A DNA stretch of 64,000 bases from Tubiluchus corallicola. Taxonomy: Eukaryota; Animalia; Priapulida. The stretch spans positions 730,246 through 794,245 of the forward strand of contig JAQGDQ010000055.1 of assembly GCA_030141605.1 (NCBI GenBank), read 5' to 3'. Under the pieces are notes generated by a model. That model ran no database searches. It saw only the letters and a program-made list of their open reading frames with translations, and had not been told where the DNA came from. Position 1 is the first letter of the stretch, and the number at the start of each line of letters is the position of its first letter. Position numbers and translations under genes: made by a program. Shown here piece after piece: positions 55,682-64,000 of the stretch.

Positions 55682-56235
55682 TTAGTATGGGCGGTGGGGG
55701 CGGTGGGGGCGATGGGGGCGATGGCGGGGATGGCGGTGATGTCGGCGGGGTCGAGGTTTAATTTTTTTGTCTATTAATTTCTTGAGGTTGAAAGTGAAAT
55801 CGACCAAAGCTTTGAAGGCGTCCAGAATCTTGCGAGAAGAGACTGGTTGACACTTCTCCGGGTCATCTCCAGTGAATGGACAAGTAGACGGGACATCGAA
55901 ACTGACACCGCTCTCGATTTCGATGTTGTTCCTATCCCAAGCAATGATGTCTCCAGGGGGGTTGAAGCACGTCATGCTTGTACTTTCTAAACGAAAAAAG
56001 AAGACAAACTATTATCACATGAATTACAACGTCAAATTCAAAATAATCAAACTCTAATTCGTTATAACCGATGAGATTCTCAGAATAAACAATTTCAAAT
56101 TCAAATTTCCAATGTGCTTCTTCTCCTTCCCCCTCTTTCTTACTCTTTCTCTTTCTCGTTCTTTGTCACCCTCTCTCATTCACTCTCTCTCTTTTTTCCT
56201 TTCTCTCTGTTATTCTCTATGTCTCTCTCTCTCCG

Positions 56236-56292
<57 letters not shown>

Positions 56293-59200
56293 ATGTGTGC
56301 ACGTGTGCGTGTGCACACGTGCGTGTAACACACACAAATACAACTATGTTTAGAACACACAAATGTATATACATTTTAATCATAAATCAGTATTGAGTTA
56401 TAGCAAAAATAATTTGATTTTATAAAAAACAATAAAATTTTATAATCAAATAATCAAAACAAAACGTTGCAAAAAGGCGTCTTGAAAAAACTATAAACGA
56501 TAATTTTGGTTTGAAATCTAAACTCTCCAGCCTAGGTTATCTTAATTTTGTACCTTACCTGTTTTTATGCAAATATGAATGCAGAATGTCGTAAAAGTCT
56601 AAAATATGTGGGATTTTGTGCTAGAGAGCACAAGCATTACACCCCATTTTAGACGGTATACTTATAAATTATGTGGTTAGATCGCATAGATGATTGGTAT
56701 TTGTTTGTTTGTTTGTATTGTTGTCAGTGTCGTTTGTTTACTATCTGATAATTACGTAAACTATAATTGACGGTATTGTTAATAATTGTTTCTCAATTTA
56801 TCACAGTTTAAAACACGAGTAGGTACAATGACCCTTCATATAATGACGTATCGCTTTTGGCTTTTCGTACTCGCTTTTTCTGGTTTTGTTTAATCAAGAA
56901 AATCAAGAAAAAAGTTTATATAAAAACCAAAGAACAAAGAAATAAAGAAAGTTATTTCAATATTAATTCAATATTAAGATGTTGTTTATTAGCGTAGACG
57001 ATCATTTCATTTTCAATGCTATAAATAAGTAAAAATATTAATAAAAAAGCCAGAACAAATAATAACAATCTTTACAATTTTCTTTACAAAACACAATTCT
57101 AATTTTCACTCTTGTGCTTGTGTAATGACATAATTTATTTTATGTCTTGAATAGTAGTGACATAATTGTGCTATTATTTGTTTTGATTGATTGATTGCCC
57201 GATCTATAGCGTGCCTTCTTGTCAGGGAGAAAACTGGCTGGTATGAATGCGCCATAACAATGACGACAAAATTGTACAGGTAAATTAAATTTAATGTTTT
57301 ATTACCTATCAAATCAGTGGTTGCTTCTGTTGAAGATATGAACAAGTCGGTCATCCGTCCGGCGTAATGAAGGATTGTTAGACCATCGATAATAAAGTCA
57401 CGTGTTAAACCAGACCCGGTACCTACAAACCAGTAGGAGTCATTAATACAATTCAATTCAGTTTATTTACCCAAATACAGTCGTAGTACATGGGCAATAT
57501 ACATGATAGTAACATAATAGTAACGTAATAAAATTCTATATTGTTAAAAAAACTTGCACATCATTGAACGGTAAACTACACATTCAAAAATTGATAATAT
57601 AATCAGTGTTTCCACAACTGTGAGCAATAGTGCTGTACAATAAAATGAATTTACAATTAAAAGTACAAGAGAGGCTGTAATTAATTACATAAGTACATGG
57701 ATTTAAAACTTTTCATTTCATTTCTAACATTATCTGGAGATTTAACACATTTATTTTAGTTAAAAGATAGTTTTTGTAAAATACTAAACATATGAAATTG
57801 AAATTGGCACTTTATGTTTGTTTTGTGTTGGTGACTTGAGTTTTTTGTATGCAGTGGGTTTTAGTTTGTTGATATGATGTAAATGTACGAGAGGTTTTCA
57901 TCTGCCACTATGATGTAAATGTACGAGAGGTTTTCATCTGCCATTATGATATAAATGTACGAGAGGTTTTCATCTGCCACTATGATGTAAATGTACGAGA
58001 GGTTTTCATCTGCCACTATGATGTAAATGTACGAGAGGTTTTCATCTGCCACTATGATGTAAATGTACGAGAGGTTTTCATCTGCCACTATGATGTAAAT
58101 GTACGAGAGGATTTCATCTGCCACCATGATGTAAATGTACGAGAGGTTTTCATCTGCCACTATGATGTAAATGTACGAGAGGTTTTCATCTGCCACCATG
58201 ATGTAAATGTACGAGAGGTTTTCATCTGCCACTATGATGTAAACGTACAAGAGGTTTTCATCTGCCACCATGATGTAAATGTACGAGAGGTTTTCATCTG
58301 CCATTATGATGTAAATGTACGAGAGGTTTTCATCTGCCACTATGATGTAAATGTACGAGAGGTTTTCATCTGCCACTATGATGTAAATGTACGAGAGGTT
58401 TTCATCTGCCACTATGATGTAAATGTACGAGAGGTTTTCATCTGCCACTATGATGTAAATGTACGAGAGGTTTCATCTGCCATTATGATGTAAATGTACG
58501 AGAGGTTTCATCTGCCATTATGATGTAAATGTACGAGAGGTTTTCATCTGCCACTATGATGTAAATGTACGAGAGGTTTTCATCTGCCACTATGATGTAA
58601 ATGTACGAGAGGTTTTCATCTGCCACCATGATGTAAATGTACGAGAGGTTTTCATCTGCCATTATGATGTAAATGTACGAGAGGTTTTCATCTGCCACTA
58701 TGATGTAAATGTACGAGAGGTTTTCATCTGCCACTATGATGTAAATGTACGAGAGGTTTTCATCTGCCATTATGATGTAAATGTACGAGAGGTTTTCATC
58801 TGCCACTAACGACAGACTACTGAGTGAACGTTGATGACAACAATAAGGTGTGATTTCACATTATTTAATTTGAAGGCTAGTTCACTATTTTTCAGTTCAT
58901 TTTTGAATTTTTTTATGTGACTGCAGATTTTACGTTAACATTTTTAGATTTTAAAAAATACTAAACTACAAATACGGAAATACATAGGAAATACAACTTA
59001 CAATTATACAAAAATATAAATTTGGTCAAAATACAACAAGATATTCTAGTGGGATGGTACATTATTTGCAAAAGTTTGCACTAAATTACTGCAATGCAAA
59101 ACTGGTATCACCATAAATACATAAATACCAACATATATTTCATTTATATAAAACTCATTGCATAAATTTATATTGTCTTTACTTGATGTGTCTTCATATG

Positions 59201-60823
59201 CTGATGATTAATAGATATATTATTATTCTGTATGTACATACGTATTGGCATTGTATATAATAATCTAATCTAATCTAATCTAATCTAGTCTAGTCTAGTC
59301 TAGTCTAGTCTAGTCTAGTCTAGTCTAGTCTAGTCTAGTCTAGTCTAGTCTAGTCTAGTCTAATCTAATCTAATCTAATCTAATCTAATCTAATCTAATC
59401 TAATCTAATCTAATCTAATCTAATCTAATCTAATCTAATCTAATCTAATCTAAACTTACTTTTCAAAAGATCTTTTGGACAAATTTGCAATAGGACCAAC
59501 ATGAAGCTCACACAGGTATTGTCTATTGTCATAACTAGGTATGGTATGTTGTCAAAACTAGGTATTGTCTTATGTCATTATTAGGTATGGTCTATTGTCA
59601 TAACAGGGTATGGTCTATTGTCATAACTGGACATTGTCTATTGTCATAACTGGGCATTGTCTATTGTCATAACTGGACATTGCTATTGTCATAACTGGGC
59701 ATTGTCTATTGTCATAACTAGGTATGGTCTATTGCCATAACTGGGCATTGTCTATTGTCATAAATAGGTATTATCTATTGTCGTAACTAGATATTGTCTA
59801 TTGTCATAACTAGGTATTGTCTATTGTCATAATTAGATAAGGTCTATTGTCATAACTTGGTATGATCCATTGCCATGACTGGGCATTGTCTATTGTCATA
59901 ACTAGGTATGGTCTATTGTCATAATTGTGTATGGTCTATTGTCATAATTATGTATTGTCTATTGTCATAATTAGGTATGGTCTGTTGTCATAACTAGGTA
60001 TTGTCTATTGCCATAACTGGGCATTGTCTATTGTCATAACTGGGCATTGTCTATTGTCATAACTGGGTTTTGTCTATTGTCATAACCAGGTATTGTCTAT
60101 TGTCATAACTAGGTATTGTCTATGGTCATAACTAGGTATTGTCTATTTTCGTTACTTGGCATTGTCTATTGTCATAGCTGGGCATTGTCTATTGTCATAA
60201 CTAGATATGGTCTATTGTCATAATTAGGTATTGCCTATTGTCATAACTAGGTATTGTCTATTGTCATAACCACGTTGTATTCAAACGTCTAATCTATAAC
60301 GTAGTTTCTAGTCTGTACGTTTGTCATATCGTTATTAATAATGACCATGTTGAAACTAGGTTAATAGTCTTTCTAATACACCACAAATAATTGTTTAATC
60401 TCCCCATTACATAAGCAACCATAAATTCACATTAGAGATGGGCGGGACAGAACCATAAGCCTAGATTATCGTAAAGTGTTGAAACGCCCCCTGTATGCAG
60501 TTAACCAAAAACTGTTATTGTGTTATAATCTGTTTAATCATCTTTAATCTGTTTAAGCCTTGCTGTCTTGCACTTTTGATGAAATCAATTTCAAAAATGA
60601 GCAAGCAGTCGTTAAGGACAACCGCCATATTGTCTAAACTGTGTTGTTTACTCATGCTCAAACATGTTGAAGAAATTGCACGTTGTTCACTTGTTTTTTT
60701 CATCACTTACCAAACAAGTCCCCATCTAAATACACTTTCAGGACTCCCCCGGAATTATAAGTTAAGCACAGATGGTGCCAGGTGTCCTCACTCAGAACTA
60801 TACTTGTAAATCCATGTATTGTT
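55682..60823 (-). CDS. Pentraxin-domain protein, 5'-partial. Exons 60823-60711, 57422-57306, 55986-55682
   Basis: Phase-compatible exons give DTWHHLCLTYNSGGVLKVYLDG (pentraxin HxC motif), YAGRMTDLFISSTEATTDLIE and SMTCFNPPGDIIAWD..IESGV (pentraxin C-terminal C..GD/NIIxW), followed by a basic His/Arg/Pro tail. Intactness is unknown because the 5' exons are not seen. Confidence 0.72.
57872..58807. repeat. 36-bp minisatellite (~26 copies), with a mirror array (~5 copies) at 61405-61595
   Basis: Unit tatgatgtaaatgtacgagaggttttcatctgccac. Confidence 0.95.
59264..59453. repeat. (TCTAA)n-(TCTAG)n-(TCTAA)n pentamer microsatellite
   Basis: Seen directly. Confidence 0.95.
59514..60271. repeat. 23-bp minisatellite (~33 copies)
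   Basis: Unit ggtattgtctattgtcataacta with variants. Confidence 0.92.
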
Positions 60824-60916
60824 CTGTAAATCATATAAATAATTATAAAACAACTAGCCAATCCCCACAAAAGCATTTTATGCATGAATATTCCGCATGA
60901 TTTTTGCTTATAGGAA

Positions 60917-61118
60917 TAATAACAACGACAACAACAACAACAACAATAATAATAATAATAGTAATAATAATAATAATAATATTAATTCAGTTAGTCAGTC
61001 AATAAGACAGTCAGTCTGGTGGCCAATCAGTCAGTCAGGTGGTCAGTTGGCTAGTCAGTCAGTCAGTCAGTCAGGTGGTCAATGAGTAAGTCAGTCAGTC
61101 GGTTAGTTGGTCAGTCAA
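60917..61118. repeat. (AAC/AAT)n and (AGTC)n microsatellites
   Basis: Seen directly. Confidence 0.85.
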
Positions 61119-62047
61119 TCACCCTCCTGAAGTCACGAGAAGCTCGATCTACGCATGCGCGCGTATTTACTCAGCTACAATTTAAATTTACTTACAAGGA
61201 AAAAACAGGTGTAACGATGAATAAAGCACTGTCCTTGATAGAAAAAGTTAAAGAAAGTGTCCCAGCATCAGCTACATCGACGGATAAATCACCGTTATTC
61301 ATAACAAGAAATGGAAATGAGGAATTTGTCGAAGCAGCCATCGCCAGGTCAGCTGGATCGGTGGCAGGATCAGGCTTCAACCACTACGAAAACCTTCTTG
61401 CGTCATTTACATCATAGTGGCAGATGAAAACCTCTCGTACATTTACATCATAGTGGCAGATGAAAACCTCTCGTACATTTACATCATAGTGGCAGATGAA
61501 AACCTCTCGTACATTTATATCATAATGGCAGATGAAAACCTCTCGTACATTTACATCATAGTGGCAGATGAAAACCTCTCGTACATTTACATCATATCAA
61601 CAAACTAAAACCCACTGCATACAAAAAACTCAAGTCACCAACACAAAACACACATAAAGTGCCAATTTCAATTTCATATGTTTAGTATTTTACAAAAAAC
61701 TATTTTGTAAATATTGTAAATGTGTTAAATCTCCAGATAATGTTAGAAATGAAATGAAAAGTTTTAAATCTATGTACTTATGTAATTAATTACAGCCTCT
61801 CTTGTATTTTTAATTGTAAATTCATTTTATTGTACAGCACTATTGCTCACAGTAGTGGAAACACTGATTATATTATTAATTTTTGAATGTGTAGTTTACC
61901 GTTCAATGATTTGCAAGTTTTTTTTAACAATATAGAATTTTATTACGTTACTATTATGTTACTATTTGTATATTGCCCGTGTACTACGACGGTATTTGGG
62001 TAAATAAACTGAATTGAATTGTACTAATGGGTCCTACTGGTTTGTAG

Positions 62048-62164
62048 GTAGCGAGCCTGCTTTAACAGGTGACATTACTATCGATTCTCTATTAATCCTT
62101 GATTACGCCGGACGAATGACCGACTTCTTCGTATCTTCAACAGAGGCAACCACTGATATGATAG
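62048..62164 (+). pseudogene. Inverted paralogous copy of the 117-nt pentraxin exon
   Basis: Borders tttgtag|...ATAG|gtaata with open frame SEPALTGDITIDSLLILDYAGRMTDFFVSSTEATTDMI. It lies inside the inverted duplication arm, with no partner exons on the + strand. Confidence 0.75.
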
Positions 62165-63141
62165 GTAATAAAACTTTAAATTGAATTTACCTGTGCCATT
62201 TTGTCGTCATTGTTATGGCGCGTTCATACCAGCCAGTTTTCTCCCTGACAAGAAGGCATGCTATAGATCAGGCAATCAATCATTCAAAACAAATAATAGT
62301 ACAATTATGTCAATACTGTTCAAGACATAAAATAAATTATATCATTACACAAGCACAAGAGTGAAAAGTAAAATTGTCAGAATTAAAAAGAGGTTCTTTG
62401 TAAAGAAAATTGTAAAGATTATTATTATTTGTTCTGGCTTTTTTATTAATATTTTTATTTCTTTATAGCATTGAAAACGCAACGATGGTCTGCTCTAATA
62501 AACAACATCTTAATATTGAATTAAATAATTTTCTTTATTTTTTTGTTATTTTGTTTTTATACAAACTTTTTTTTGATTTTCTTTATTAAACAAAACCAGA
62601 AAAAGCGAGTACGAAAAGCAAAAAGCGATACATCATTATATGCGGGGTCATTGTACCTGCTCGTGTTTTAAACTGTGATAAATTGAGAAACAATTATTTA
62701 CAATACCGTCAATTATAGTTTACGTAATTTTCAGATAGTAAACAAACAACTCTGACAACAATACAAGCAAACAAATCAAATACCAATCATTTATTGTGAT
62801 TTTAACCACATTAATTTATATATACCAAATGTGGTGTAAGCTTGGCTTCTCTAATAGAATGCTACGTATTTTAGTTTTTTATGATTTATTCATATTTGCA
62901 TAAAAACAGTAAAACATAATTAAATTTGAGTTTTAGATTTCAAATCTTCGTTAAGACGTGCTTTTTTAAACGTTTTGTTTTGATTATTTGATTATAAAAT
63001 TTTTATTGTTTTTGTATAAAATCAAATTATTTTGCTATAATTCTCAATAATGATTTATGATTAAAATGTATATAATATTTGTGTGTTTACGTAGTTATTT
63101 GTGTGTTACACGCACGTGTGCACACGCACACGTGCACACAT

Positions 63142-63195
<54 letters not shown>

Positions 63196-63199
<4 letters not shown>

Positions 63200-63277
63200 C
63201 GCTCTCGATTACGATGTTGTCCCTGTCCCAAGCCACAACGTCTCCGGGCGGGTTAAAGCAGGTCATGCTTATAGTTG
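63196..63277 (-). pseudogene. Truncated paralogous copy of the pentraxin last exon
   Basis: cgtttag|..TISMTCFNPPGDVVAWDRDNIVIESGV, then breaks into (GT)n. Confidence 0.75.
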
Positions 63278-63394
63278 CTAAACGAAAAAGAAGACAAACT
63301 GTTATTGGATGAATTACAACGCCAAATCCAAAATAATTAAACTCTAATTCACTATAATCGATGTCATTTTCAGAATAAACAATTTCAAATGTGC

Positions 63395-63442
<48 letters not shown>

Positions 63443-64000
63443 GTGTGTGTGCATGTGCGTGTACGCATGTGTGTGCGTTTGTGTGTGTGCCCATGTGTGT
63501 GCGTTTGTGTGTGTGCGTGTGTTTGTATGTGTGTTTGTGTGTGTGTGTGTGTGCGTGTGCGTGTGCGTGTGTGGGTGTGCATGTGCGTGTGCATGTGCGT
63601 GTACGCACATGTGCGTGTGTGTTTAGAACACACAAATGTATGAACATTTTAATCGTAAATCATTATTGAGTATAGCAAAAATAATTAGACTTTATAAAAA
63701 AACAAAATAATGAAAACAAAACGTTGCAAAAAGGCTATTTGCATCTTGAAAAAACTATAAACGAAGATCAAGTTTTAATTTTGGTTTGAAATCTAAACTC
63801 TCCAGCCTAGGTTATCTTAATTTTGTATCTTACCTGTTTTTATGCATATATGAATGTCGAATGTTGTAAAAGTCTATAATACGTAGGATACTGTGCTAGA
63901 GCACACAAGCATTACCCCCCCCCCGTTTTAGACCGCATACTTATAAATTATGTTAGATCCCATAGATGATTGGTATTTGTTTGTTTGTTTGTATTGTTGT
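63198..64000. repeat. Direct diverged copy of 55906-56720
   Basis: Shares accgctctcgatt..ctaaacgaaaaagaagacaaact, the (GT)n tract and aactctccagcctaggttatcttaattttgta in the same orientation. Confidence 0.85.

Larger units (their letters stand above)
56235..63197. repeat. Large inverted duplication: ~56235-58060 vs ~61405-63197
   Basis: Sequence 61596-62750 is the reverse complement of ~56700-57870 and includes the exon. The 36-bp array and (CA)n are mirrored as well. Confidence 0.9.

Noticed and set aside
57861-58806. 195-aa and 107-aa VADENLSYIYII repeat ORFs, and a CRISPR-like 36-bp period
   Set aside because: Head-to-tail minisatellite with no spacers and no cas genes. The ORF follows from the unit being a multiple of 3, and 1-nt deletions break the frame.

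Overview
AT-rich, intron-rich animal genomic DNA. A marine invertebrate deuterostome such as an ascidian is my inference and is not proven. Bases 1-25.6 kb (+) hold 23 exons forming the 3' ~1,256 codons of a multi-repeat cyclic-nucleotide-gated K+ channel (CNGK/tetraKCNG type). The visible part has one degenerate CNBD, two intact CNBDs, and mismatched pore filters (SVGFGD vs STGIGS). A complete 3-exon TOMM7 gene with a GC-AG intron lies tail-to-tail on the minus strand (26.3-27.8 kb). The first coding exon of APC is at 39.2-39.4 kb, with no further APC exon recognisable. From ~42.9 kb the sequence becomes a repeat-rich, rearranged block. It contains a two-exon LRR/LRRCT/Thr-stalk/TM receptor, a heme-peroxidase exon remnant, and a partial pentraxin-domain gene with a cationic His/Arg/Pro tail, present as direct and inverted partial copies. 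One duplicated pentraxin exon differs almost only by amino-acid-changing substitutions. Several minisatellites appear to be seeded at exon ends. MITEs (TTAA, TA and 8-bp TSD types), LINE/SINE fragments and microsatellites occur throughout. All gene models were built by eye from splice signals and phase, and no database searches were run.
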